The position numbers were made by a program, and so were the translations under genes. A stretch of 64,000 nucleotides of DNA from Kiritimatiellia bacterium (GTDB taxonomy: Bacteria > Verrucomicrobiota > Kiritimatiellia > CAIQIC01 > Lenti-01): the NCBI GenBank assembly GCA_017527155.1, contig JAFXQI010000022.1, positions 160 to 64,159 of the forward strand, in the 5' to 3' direction. Under the pieces are notes generated by a model, which was not told the origin of the DNA, made no database searches, and saw only the letters and a program-made list of their open reading frames with translations. Shown in pieces: positions 28,819-37,244 of the stretch (the stretch's first letter is position 1; each line of letters begins with the position of its first letter).

Positions 28819-28859
28819 TTCTCTTGCATTTCCTTCCGTTTTCATCCATCATCCCCTCC

Positions 28860-29834
28860 ATGAAAGACGAACCCATCTTCCCCCGCGGCTACCTCAAGGC
28901 CCTCGCCTCCGACTGCTTCGGCCCCTCCTGCAGCCATGCCCCCACGGCCATGCTCCTGCAGACCGTCGGCTCCCTGGCCCTCTTCACCGGCGCCCTCGCC
29001 GCGCACCTCGCCTGGTACGGAGGCAAACGCATCCTCTCCCGCCTCCGCCGCCGCGTCTCCCCGCCAGAACCCGTGCCACCTCCCGCCTCCCAAGCCCCCC
29101 TTTCCCTCCGTGGCATCCCCTCCCCCGGCGACATCGAAGACGTCTGGGACCTCGACCCGCGCACCCTCTGCGGCCGCCTTCGCATCGGCTCCCGCCTGGC
29201 CGACCTCGAACCCACCCTCGACTCCCGGTTCCTCTTCAAGAAGTCCCGCAACGGCTCCCGCCGCATCGTCGCCCGCCAACCGGGTCTCAAAGGCTGGATG
29301 AAAAAGCACGTCCCGTCCATCAAGTATTCCACCGCCATGCACTACAAGAAGCTGGCCACCCGCCTCCGCCAGCTCACCGGCCTCGACCCGCGAATCCCCC
29401 TCGAATGGCTCCTCCCCGACAACCAAGAATCCCTCCCCGCCCTCTCCCCCTCCGACCACCAGACCGTCACCCAGGCCAAGACCCGGCTTGCCCGTCTCCT
29501 CGCCGAGCATCCCAAGGTCACCCACCTGATCCGGGCGGTCGAATCCAAGCTCGGGATCATGCGGATGGTCACGATCCGCCACATCCAGCCCCCTGGGCCG
29601 GGACGCGGGAGGAGACGGAACTCGAAAGAAATCCCCGATAATTCCTTGATATCGCGAGTCTCCCGTGGTGGATGGGCCGTGACGGCGGACGCGGTGCGCA
29701 CGCAGGCTTTCTGGGATGCGATACGGAGGGTACTGGGCGATCCCTCCCCGGATGCCGGGACCCGCCGCCTGCAATCGGACATCCGCGAATGGCTGAACGC
29801 CCCTCTGGAGGCACGCCGGAACCGGCGGCGATAG
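28860..29834 (+). CDS. hypothetical N-terminally anchored Arg-rich protein (paralog B of the 6882-7820 gene)
   Basis: 324 aa. Homologous blocks with paralog A. The conserved upstream element GCGATATCAAGGAA lies 41 nt before its ATGAAA start. Confidence 0.6.
   Translation: MKDEPIFPRGYLKALASDCFGPSCSHAPTAMLLQTVGSLALFTGALAAHLAWYGGKRILSRLRRRVSPPEPVPPPASQAPLSLRGIPSPGDIEDVWDLDPRTLCGRLRIGSRLADLEPTLDSRFLFKKSRNGSRRIVARQPGLKGWMKKHVPSIKYSTAMHYKKLATRLRQLTGLDPRIPLEWLLPDNQESLPALSPSDHQTVTQAKTRLARLLAEHPKVTHLIRAVESKLGIMRMVTIRHIQPPGPGRGRRRNSKEIPDNSLISRVSRGGWAVTADAVRTQAFWDAIRRVLGDPSPDAGTRRLQSDIREWLNAPLEARRNRRR
29641..29655 (-). promoter_or_regulatory. inverted copy of GCGATATCAAGGAAT inside the 3' part of paralog B coding sequence
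   Basis: Reverse complement reads TCGCGATATCAAGGAATTATC, matching the two upstream copies over 15 nt. Confidence 0.3.
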
Positions 29835-29991
29835 AGGTTGGGACGAGATGGCGGGGGATGGGAACGCTCTCCCACCGGATGCCGGCAGGGGAATGTGTGA
29901 ACGGCTGGATGCACAGGAGGGGAATCAGGCCGGAGAAGGGCCGAATGCAGGGTTGCATGGGAAGGGGAAGGGAGGGTATATTGAAGGGGTT

Positions 29992-31485
29992 ATGGCCAAT
30001 GCTTGGGCAACCGGTGTGTGCGTCAGGCCGGACGGGCTGGAATGGACCGTCCTGCGGCGCACGAAGGAGTCGTGGGACGTTCATTCCCGCGGCTCGGCGG
30101 CGTTTGCTCCGGAGGGGGGCGCGGCCGCGGAGGGGGACGGCGGCGAGACGGCCGCGACGCTTCCGCCGCCGGAGCCGGTCGACTCCGCCCACATGGACTG
30201 GGGAAAGTGGACGGCGGAGGCGCTGCGTCCGCACCTGAAGTCGATGAGGGGGAAAATATCCGTCGTCCTGCCGATGGACCAGGCGCTGGTGCGGCTGGAG
30301 ACGTTCCCGTCGGGGGACGCGGAGGAGCTGTACGGGATGGCCGGGCTCCAGACGGACAAGCTCTCGCCCTTCCCGGAGGAGGAGACGGCGACGGGCGTCG
30401 AGACGCTGGAATGCACCGAGGCGGAATCGCTGGTCGCGCTCGCCATCGTGCGCGCGGATGCGGTGGAGAAGGCGGGGGCGCCGTTCCTGGAACTGGGGTC
30501 GTTGCCGGACGCGGTGGACGTGGAGCCGCTGGCGTGGTGGTGGGGCGCGAGGAAGCTGCTGGGCGAGTCGCCGCGCGGTGGGAGGATCGTGCTGCGGGCG
30601 GAGGCGTCGGGGCGCATCGCGATGGCGGTGGCGCACGGGACCCGGCCGATCGCGTTCGGGGCGCTGCCGCCGCTGCCGCCGGAGGGGGCGGACGGGGAGT
30701 GGCTGGAGGAGGCGGCCGAGGAGGTGTCGTATGCGCTGACGTCGCTGGAGAGCGCGTGGGGCGCGGAGGGGGCGCTGAAGATGTCGGTGGTGGCGCCGGA
30801 GGGCGTCGACGTGTCGTGGGCGGCGGGGCTGGCGAAGGCGCTGGGGGCGTCGGCGCCGGAGACGGTGAAGGCGGAGGAGGTTCCGAGCGTGTCGGAGGGG
30901 GCGGCGCGGCGGCTGGCGGAGCCGGCGGAGCCGCTGTGGATGGACCTGGCGCCGGCGGCGTGGCGGGAGGAGGACGAGCGCCGCCGCGGGAACCGGGTGC
31001 TGATGGGGGCGGCGACGGTGTTCGTTGCGCTGTGGCTGCTGGCGCTGGGGGTGTTTTTCACGATGCTGAACGTGCGCCGCGCGCGCCTGTCGGATTTGGA
31101 GGCGAAGGTGGAGGCGGTGGAGAAGCCGGCGGCGGAGGTGCGGCGGCTGAGGGCGAAGGTGATGGACTTCGCGGCCTACGCGGACCGGAGCCGCTCGGCG
31201 CTGGAGTGCCTGCGGGCGATGAGCGAGGCGCTGCCGCCGGGCGTGGAGCTGAACTCGTTCATCTACCGCAAGGGGACGTCGCTGACGCTGCGCGGCGAGG
31301 CGGACGATTCGGAGCGCATCTACGCCTTCACGCGCGGCCTCGACGAGTCGGGGCTGTTCGACGACGTGAAGTCGGACGGCATCAGCATGAAGCCGGGCGC
31401 GGGCGGCGGCGCGGCGAAGTACACCTTCGGCATCACGGCCGCGCTCCCCGGCAACGGCGACGAATCGGAAGGCGGTGCGCCGTGA
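29992..31485 (+). CDS. fused PilM-like / PilN-like pilus (or T2SS) assembly protein
   Basis: N-terminal ~330 aa actin-like PilM-type region. Then a TM helix (VLMGAATVFVALWLLALGVFF), a coiled coil and a PilN-like periplasmic domain (GVELNSFIYRKGTSLTLRGEAD...FTRGLDESGLFDDV). Confidence 0.6.
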   Translation: MANAWATGVCVRPDGLEWTVLRRTKESWDVHSRGSAAFAPEGGAAAEGDGGETAATLPPPEPVDSAHMDWGKWTAEALRPHLKSMRGKISVVLPMDQALVRLETFPSGDAEELYGMAGLQTDKLSPFPEEETATGVETLECTEAESLVALAIVRADAVEKAGAPFLELGSLPDAVDVEPLAWWWGARKLLGESPRGGRIVLRAEASGRIAMAVAHGTRPIAFGALPPLPPEGADGEWLEEAAEEVSYALTSLESAWGAEGALKMSVVAPEGVDVSWAAGLAKALGASAPETVKAEEVPSVSEGAARRLAEPAEPLWMDLAPAAWREEDERRRGNRVLMGAATVFVALWLLALGVFFTMLNVRRARLSDLEAKVEAVEKPAAEVRRLRAKVMDFAAYADRSRSALECLRAMSEALPPGVELNSFIYRKGTSLTLRGEADDSERIYAFTRGLDESGLFDDVKSDGISMKPGAGGGAAKYTFGITAALPGNGDESEGGAP

Positions 31486-31487
31486 AG

Positions 31488-32054
31488 ATGGCCCCCCGCG
31501 AACGCAATCTCCTTTTCGCGACGCTGGCGGTAGCGCTGCTGGCGGGCACGTGGGCGTTCCTGGCGCCGCAGCGCGCGGAGTGGAAGGACTACCGCGACCG
31601 CCGCGACGACCTGGACGACCGCCTGGCGAAGGCGGAGCGCATGCTCGGCCAGCAGGCGGACGTGGAGACGCGCCTGGCGGAGTTCCGCAAGGGCGTGCCG
31701 GTGTTCGCCGAAGGCAAGCGCGCGGAAGCGGAGCTGCTGCCGGAGGTGGACCGCATGGCGAGCCGCCACGGCCTGGCGCTGGTGCGGCGGTCGGCGTCGG
31801 ACAAGGAGCGCGAGGCGGGCGACCTCTACGAGACGACGCTGACCTGCGAGTGGGAGGGGACGCTGGACGCGCTGGTGCATTTCCTCTACGACCAGCAGTC
31901 GCAGGGCGTGGTGTCGGACATCCGGCAGCTGCGCATCCAGCCGCAGACGGGCGCGAAGCTCGGCACCCTCAAGGGCGGCTTCGAGATGGACTGCGCCTAC
32001 CGCCGCGAGGCCGCAGGCGGCGGCGCCGAAGCCGGCGGGGAGGCCGCCGAATGA
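31488..32054 (+). CDS. PilO/GspM-like pilus assembly protein
   Basis: N-terminal TM helix (LLFATLAVALLAGTWAF), coiled coil, C-terminal PilO-like domain. Start overlaps the stop of the PilMN-like gene (GTGAAGATG). Confidence 0.55.
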   Translation: MAPRERNLLFATLAVALLAGTWAFLAPQRAEWKDYRDRRDDLDDRLAKAERMLGQQADVETRLAEFRKGVPVFAEGKRAEAELLPEVDRMASRHGLALVRRSASDKEREAGDLYETTLTCEWEGTLDALVHFLYDQQSQGVVSDIRQLRIQPQTGAKLGTLKGGFEMDCAYRREAAGGGAEAGGEAAE

Positions 32055-32092
32055 CCGCCCGGCGCACAACCGACCCCGGACGCGGGAAATCC

Positions 32093-32134
32093 CGATTGCA
32101 GTCGATTGCAATCGATTGCAGTCGAATGCAATCG
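32093..32134. repeat. four tandem 10-mers CGATTGCAGT/CGATTGCAAT/CGATTGCAGT/CGAATGCAAT, 56 nt upstream of the secretin start
   Basis: Read directly from the sequence; 10-bp (one helical turn) periodicity. Confidence 0.8.
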
Positions 32135-32189
32135 AAAAACCCGCCCGGGCCGCAAGGAGACGTTTGACCACAACGACGGAGTCGAGAGC

Positions 32190-35048
32190 ATGAACCACGC
32201 GAAGCACCATCCCTCCCTCTGGCAGCGGGGCCTGTCGGCCCTGCTCGCGGTGGCGTTCGCCGCCGCGGAACTCGCCCCCGCGGCCGCCTACGCCCAGGGC
32301 GACGAAACGCGCGCACGGGTGCGGCGCCTGCGCGAACTCAACGAGGCGCGCCAGCGCGCCGCCGCCGCCGCGCCCGTGCCCGGCGACGCGGACGCCGCCG
32401 CCGATGACGCCGCGCCCTCCGCGCCCGCGCCGCGCTCCTTCCCCTCCGCGCGCGACCCCGCCGCCGGCGCCGACGCGGGCGACGAGGACAGCATCTGGCA
32501 GTTCAACCTCGTCAAGGACGCCCCCCTCGACGCGCTCCTCGACATGTATTCGCAGGTCACCGGCCGCACCATGATCAAGGCGCCCGGCGTCAACGCCACC
32601 TTCCCCAACATCAAGGTCAAGGAGAAGCTCACCAAGTCCGAGATGCTCCAGGTCATGGACAGCCTGCTTTCCATGAACAACATCTCGCTCGTGCCGCTGG
32701 GGACGCGGTTCTACCGGGTCGTGCAGATCGACAAGGCGTCCACCGAGGGCATGTCCATCCAGACCGAGGTCCCCGAGGGCGGCTACCCCGAGAGCGACGC
32801 GCTGGTCAGCCAGCTGATCCGCCTGAAGTACCTCGGGATGGAGGACGCCAACAACATCGTCGGCGCCATGCTCCACGGCTACGGGAAGGTCCAGCGGCTC
32901 GACCGCATCAACAGCCTCCTCGTCCTCGAAACCTCCACCAACCTGCGCCGCATCAACGACATCCTGGAGATGGTGGACCAGCCGACCGAGCTCAACGTCG
33001 AGACCAGCGTCTACGTCATCCGCCACGCCAAGGCCGCCGACATCGCCGCCCGCCTCAACGAACTCGCCAGCGACAGCGAGCAGAAGGAAGAAGTCGCGCG
33101 CGTCGCCGAGCCCCGTTTTCCCCGCCGTCCCCCCAGCATGATGCGCGCCCGCCAGCCCGCCGCCGCCGCCGAGGACGCCGCCCAGCCCAGCGCCGCCTCC
33201 ACCGCCGCCACCGCCGCCGAGAAGGGCATCATCCAGGGCAAGGTCAAGATCCTCACCGACGAGCGGACCAACATCATCATCGTCATCACCAACCCCGTCA
33301 ACCTCCCCTTCTTCAACATGATCGTCAACGCCCTGGACGTCTCCGTCGATCCCGAAGTCGAGGTGCAGGTCGTCAACCTCGAATTCGCCGACGCCGAGGA
33401 AATGGCGTCGCTGCTCAACAACTTCATCGGCGCCTCCTCCTCGTCCAGCGATTCAAGCAACGTCCCCGGCGGCGGCCGCTCCACCGCCAGCGGCGACGAC
33501 TCGCGCGCGCAGGCCCTGGAGAATTTCGTCCGCGCCCGCGCCAGCGCCGCCGACCGCAACGCCGCCAAGGAAGCCGTTGCCAAGATCGGGCAGCTCTCCA
33601 GCGACACCAAGATTCTCGCCGACACCCGCACCAACACCATCCTGCTCATGGGCACCAAGGGCGACATCGCGGCGCTGCTCGAAGTCATCAAGAAAGTCGA
33701 CATCATGCTCGCGCAGGTCCTCATCGAGGCCGTCATCCTCGAAGTCAACCTCCACAACGACTCCTCCTACGGCATCAGCTGGCTCCAGAAATCCATGACC
33801 GCGTACAACGCCAAGAACGTCAACGGCATCTCCGTCAAGAACCCCGTCGTCTCATGGGGCGGCTCGTTCGGGGGGAACAACTTCGGGACCGTGGCGGGCG
33901 ACACCGTCAGCCGCGCGTTCGCGGGAGGCACGGGACTGAGCTACTTCTTCACCTTCACCGACCTCAACATGGACGCCGTCCTCGACATGGTCGCCTCCAG
34001 CGGCGAAGGGCGCGTGCTGGCGACGCCGGTCATCCTGACCACCGACAACACCGAAGCCTCCATCATCTCCGGCCAGAGCGTGCCCATCCGGACGGGCGAC
34101 TCCAGCTACTCCTCCGGCACCTACTACGGCACCTACGAATACAAGGACGTCGGCATCGAGCTGAAGGTCAAGCCGCGCATCAACCCGTCCCGCTACGTCA
34201 CGCTCGAGATTTCGCAGTCCGCCAACACCCTCGGCGACCAGACCGACGTCGGCAACGGCTCGACCATGTACAAGATCAACAAGCGCGAACTGACCGCGTC
34301 CATTTCCCTCCCGTCGCGATCCACCATCGTGCTGGGCGGCCTCGTCGAGACCGACTACTCCTCCAGCGAAAGCCACATCCCGATCCTCGGGAGCATCCCG
34401 ATCATCGGCGCCCTCTTCCGCAACGAAAACAAGACCCGCCAGCGCACCGAGCTGCTGGTCCTCATCACCCCGTACGTCCTGATGACCCCCGAAGAAGCCC
34501 GTGCCGAGACCGAGCGCCTCCACCGCGCCTCCAACGTCGCGGCCGAGGACTGGTACCGCGGCTGGTCCGACTCCTCCCTCGCCCCCTTCTCCCCCGCCAA
34601 ACTCAAGGAAATGCGCAAGAAGGAAAAGGCCAAGCAGGAAGGCATCACCCTCCGCACCCTTGATGACGCCCCCGCCGCGACCGGCATTGGCCGTGCAACC
34701 GCCCCCGGTAGCACCGGCGCCCCCGTCGGCATCATCCCCTCCAGCCTCTTCCCGGACGCCCCCGGCGCGGCCGACCTTCCCGACCTCGCCCCCGAGGACG
34801 GCGACACCCCGCTTCCCGCCCCCGAATCCCCGGCGACCGACGCCCCCTTCACCTTCGATGCCGCCGCGGCGGCCGCCTTCGCGACCCCCGCCGACGAGGA
34901 CGCCCTCCCGCCCGCGGACCCGTCCGATTCCCCGGATTCCGACGACGCCCCCTCCGCCGTCGCCCCCCGCCGCAGCCTCTTCGGCCGCCGTTCCACCCCC
35001 GACCCCGAGCCCAAACCCAGCATGTTCCCCGCCCCCGACGCGGAGTGA
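32190..35048 (+). CDS. type II/IV secretion system secretin (GspD/PilQ family)
   Basis: Signal peptide. N0/N1-like domains and a conserved secretin C-domain (VPILGSIPIIGALFRNENKTRQRTELLVLITPYVL). Long Pro/Ala/Asp-rich C-terminal tail. Confidence 0.85.
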   Translation: MNHAKHHPSLWQRGLSALLAVAFAAAELAPAAAYAQGDETRARVRRLRELNEARQRAAAAAPVPGDADAAADDAAPSAPAPRSFPSARDPAAGADAGDEDSIWQFNLVKDAPLDALLDMYSQVTGRTMIKAPGVNATFPNIKVKEKLTKSEMLQVMDSLLSMNNISLVPLGTRFYRVVQIDKASTEGMSIQTEVPEGGYPESDALVSQLIRLKYLGMEDANNIVGAMLHGYGKVQRLDRINSLLVLETSTNLRRINDILEMVDQPTELNVETSVYVIRHAKAADIAARLNELASDSEQKEEVARVAEPRFPRRPPSMMRARQPAAAAEDAAQPSAASTAATAAEKGIIQGKVKILTDERTNIIIVITNPVNLPFFNMIVNALDVSVDPEVEVQVVNLEFADAEEMASLLNNFIGASSSSSDSSNVPGGGRSTASGDDSRAQALENFVRARASAADRNAAKEAVAKIGQLSSDTKILADTRTNTILLMGTKGDIAALLEVIKKVDIMLAQVLIEAVILEVNLHNDSSYGISWLQKSMTAYNAKNVNGISVKNPVVSWGGSFGGNNFGTVAGDTVSRAFAGGTGLSYFFTFTDLNMDAVLDMVASSGEGRVLATPVILTTDNTEASIISGQSVPIRTGDSSYSSGTYYGTYEYKDVGIELKVKPRINPSRYVTLEISQSANTLGDQTDVGNGSTMYKINKRELTASISLPSRSTIVLGGLVETDYSSSESHIPILGSIPIIGALFRNENKTRQRTELLVLITPYVLMTPEEARAETERLHRASNVAAEDWYRGWSDSSLAPFSPAKLKEMRKKEKAKQEGITLRTLDDAPAATGIGRATAPGSTGAPVGIIPSSLFPDAPGAADLPDLAPEDGDTPLPAPESPATDAPFTFDAAAAAAFATPADEDALPPADPSDSPDSDDAPSAVAPRRSLFGRRSTPDPEPKPSMFPAPDAE

Positions 35049-35093
35049 TCTTCCCCCTCCCCCACCCCATTCCCGCTTCCCTTCCGGCCATTC

Positions 35094-35107
35094 GCGATAT
35101 CAAGGAA
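35094..35107 (+). promoter_or_regulatory. conserved upstream element GCGATATCAAGGAA (copy 2), 41 nt before the ATGAAA start of the transglutaminase-like gene
   Basis: Exact 14-mer repeat. Immediately followed by a perfect hairpin with a T-run. Confidence 0.5.
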
Positions 35108-35132
35108 AAACCGAACCTTTCATTCGGTTTTT
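35106..35132. terminator. perfect hairpin AAAAACCGAA-CCTTTCA-TTCGGTTTTT (secretin terminator and/or 5'-leader attenuator of the next gene)
   Basis: 10-bp stem including A/T runs on both sides. Sits between the conserved upstream element and the ATG at 35149. Confidence 0.55.
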
Positions 35133-35148
35133 CCCCCAACCTCCCCCC

Positions 35149-36987
35149 ATGAAAACCCACCGCCCGGCACCCGCCCCCGGGCTCGAGTTTTCGGCTGGCG
35201 GAGAGAAGGGTGGACGCGGTAGCATGTACGGCATGAACCCCATCCCCCCCGACTACATCCCCGTCCCCTCCTCCCTCATGGAGGAGTACTCCTCCGCCGC
35301 GACGCTCTCCGACATGGAGATATTCATCTTTCCCCGCCTGCTCTATCCCCTGGTCCTGGCAAACATGATGTCCCCGGCCCTCTGGCGCTGGCGCGACGAC
35401 CCGTGGTTCGCGAACTCGGCCCGCCTCAGCCCCTACCGCCGCATCCTGCGCCTCAAGCAGTTCATCATGGACCACTACACCTTCAACCTCGACCTCGAAA
35501 CCTGGGGCCTGACCACCCAGCGCCGCGAGCTCGACCGCTTCGCGCGCTACATGCCGCCCGAGACGATCGCGCGCTCCAACGCCCTCTTCGGCTACCACGG
35601 CGACCGCTTCTACTTCGACCTCGACATCCGCCGCCACTTCGGCCTCGACAAATACTCCGGCGACACCATCCCCTACTGGAAGACCGAGACCCTCGAAGCC
35701 ATGGACGCCTTCCGCCACCGCCCCGGACACGCCACCGGCGCCGGCGAATGCGTCTCCCTCTCGACCCTCTACGCCGCGGCCCTGCACGTCCACGCCGGCA
35801 TCCCGCTCGACGACATCTACCTCCTCGCCACGCCCCTGCACTCCCAGAACTTCGTCGACCTCGGCGACGGCATCCTGACCAACAACCGGCGTCTCGTGAC
35901 GAAGGCCATGTGGTACAACGGCACCGCCCTGAGCGCGAAGGCCCGCCGCGCCCTCGAGCACGAACGCCTGACCATCGTCTCGCACCTCACCGGCCACATC
36001 CACACCGTCTATCCCGAAGCGACCATCTCCCCCGACGCCTACGCCCGCTTCCAATTCCGCCTCCGCGCCTTCGCCGCGACCGACCCCACCGCCGAAATCC
36101 TCTGCAACTTCCTCCGCCAGGCCCCGCACCGGCAGCCGTGCTTCCAGATCGAGGCGACCATCAACGGCAAACCCCGCTGGCTGCCCGCCGAGAAAGCCTA
36201 CGCCTTCGAGAACTCCGGCTCCTACAAAGTCTCCGACTCCACCCGCGACCGGCTCCTGGCGGGCATCGACGAAGACGAATTCTTCGCCGCGCCCATCCCC
36301 GACCGCATCCCCCTCAACCGCTTCGACGCCTTCTTCCGCAACCACCCCGTGCGGCTCGACGACCCGGCCGACCGCCAGGCCCTCGCGCGCGAATTCGACT
36401 GCTTCCGCACCGGCGTCTGCGAGATCGCCGACGAACTGGCCGCCTTCTGCCGCCTCGAACCCCGATGGCCCGACGCCGACGGTCCCGCCAAGACCTTCGT
36501 TCCCTCGCCGGCCCTCCGCATCCCCGAAGGCCCCGACTTCACCCGCGAAGCCCTCGTCGAGGCCCTCGCCGCACAGCGCCGGACCAACCCCGTCGCCGAC
36601 CTCGCCTTCTACGTCTGGCGCGACCTCTCCCGTACCGACCCGCGCCCCTTCCTGAAGGCGGCCGTCGAGCGCTCCCCCGTCTGCGACGAAGCCACCCGCG
36701 CCGTCGCCACCGGAGACCTCCCCGCGCTGGTCCGCGACCTCCCCGACGAATCCATCTACGGCGAAGGCCCCCGCGCGGCCCAACCCGACGAAGTCTGGAA
36801 CTCCCGCCGCGGCGACGGCCTCGAAAAAGCCGTCCTGCTGGCCGCCCTCCTGCACGCCCGCGCTCCCGGCGAAGCGCTGTCGCTCGAATCGGACGGCCGC
36901 ACCGCCCGCCTCCGCTTCGGCACCCAAGACCACCTCTTCCCCACCACCAACCCGGCGGTTCTCGAAGCGGCCTACGACCCCGCCTAG
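35149..36987 (+). CDS. transglutaminase-like (Cys-His-Asp) domain protein
   Basis: 612 aa. Core GAGECVSLSTLYAAALHVHAGIPLDD...LHSQNFVDLGDG matches the transglutaminase-like cysteine-peptidase fold pattern (C ... H-x-x-F/W-V-E/D ... D). The conserved upstream element lies 41 nt before the start. Confidence 0.5.
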   Translation: MKTHRPAPAPGLEFSAGGEKGGRGSMYGMNPIPPDYIPVPSSLMEEYSSAATLSDMEIFIFPRLLYPLVLANMMSPALWRWRDDPWFANSARLSPYRRILRLKQFIMDHYTFNLDLETWGLTTQRRELDRFARYMPPETIARSNALFGYHGDRFYFDLDIRRHFGLDKYSGDTIPYWKTETLEAMDAFRHRPGHATGAGECVSLSTLYAAALHVHAGIPLDDIYLLATPLHSQNFVDLGDGILTNNRRLVTKAMWYNGTALSAKARRALEHERLTIVSHLTGHIHTVYPEATISPDAYARFQFRLRAFAATDPTAEILCNFLRQAPHRQPCFQIEATINGKPRWLPAEKAYAFENSGSYKVSDSTRDRLLAGIDEDEFFAAPIPDRIPLNRFDAFFRNHPVRLDDPADRQALAREFDCFRTGVCEIADELAAFCRLEPRWPDADGPAKTFVPSPALRIPEGPDFTREALVEALAAQRRTNPVADLAFYVWRDLSRTDPRPFLKAAVERSPVCDEATRAVATGDLPALVRDLPDESIYGEGPRAAQPDEVWNSRRGDGLEKAVLLAALLHARAPGEALSLESDGRTARLRFGTQDHLFPTTNPAVLEAAYDPA

Positions 36988-37244
36988 CGCGGTCCAAGAA
37001 ACAGTCGGCCCTCCATCCATCGTCCCGCCGGGCATTTTCCACCGCGGACGCGCAGAAGCGCGTCCCTCCCCGTGGCGCGCCCGGCAGGAGGGTCGCGCTT
37101 TCGCGCGACCATGCATCCGGAATGCCGCAGGACCATCGGCTGGGTGTCTGCGGGCGGAAGAACGGCGGCGTCCCAAATGGCCGAAAAGGCGTGCAATCGG
37201 GTCGTGGACGGGATAGGATGGACGCAAACCAACTTGGAGTAACC

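Noticed and set aside
29342-29914. Minus-strand ORF antisense to paralog B that would sit downstream of the inverted 14-mer copy
   Set aside because: The plus-strand frame is the one conserved at protein level with paralog A and has high GC3. The antisense frame shows no paralogous conservation beyond DNA identity.
36988-37244. 43-codon ORF (MHPECRRTIGWVSAGGRTAASQMAEKACNRVVDG...) in the gap before TPR-membrane paralog 1
   Set aside because: It is short with no RBS and no motif. It is more likely part of the 5' UTR/promoter of the downstream gene.
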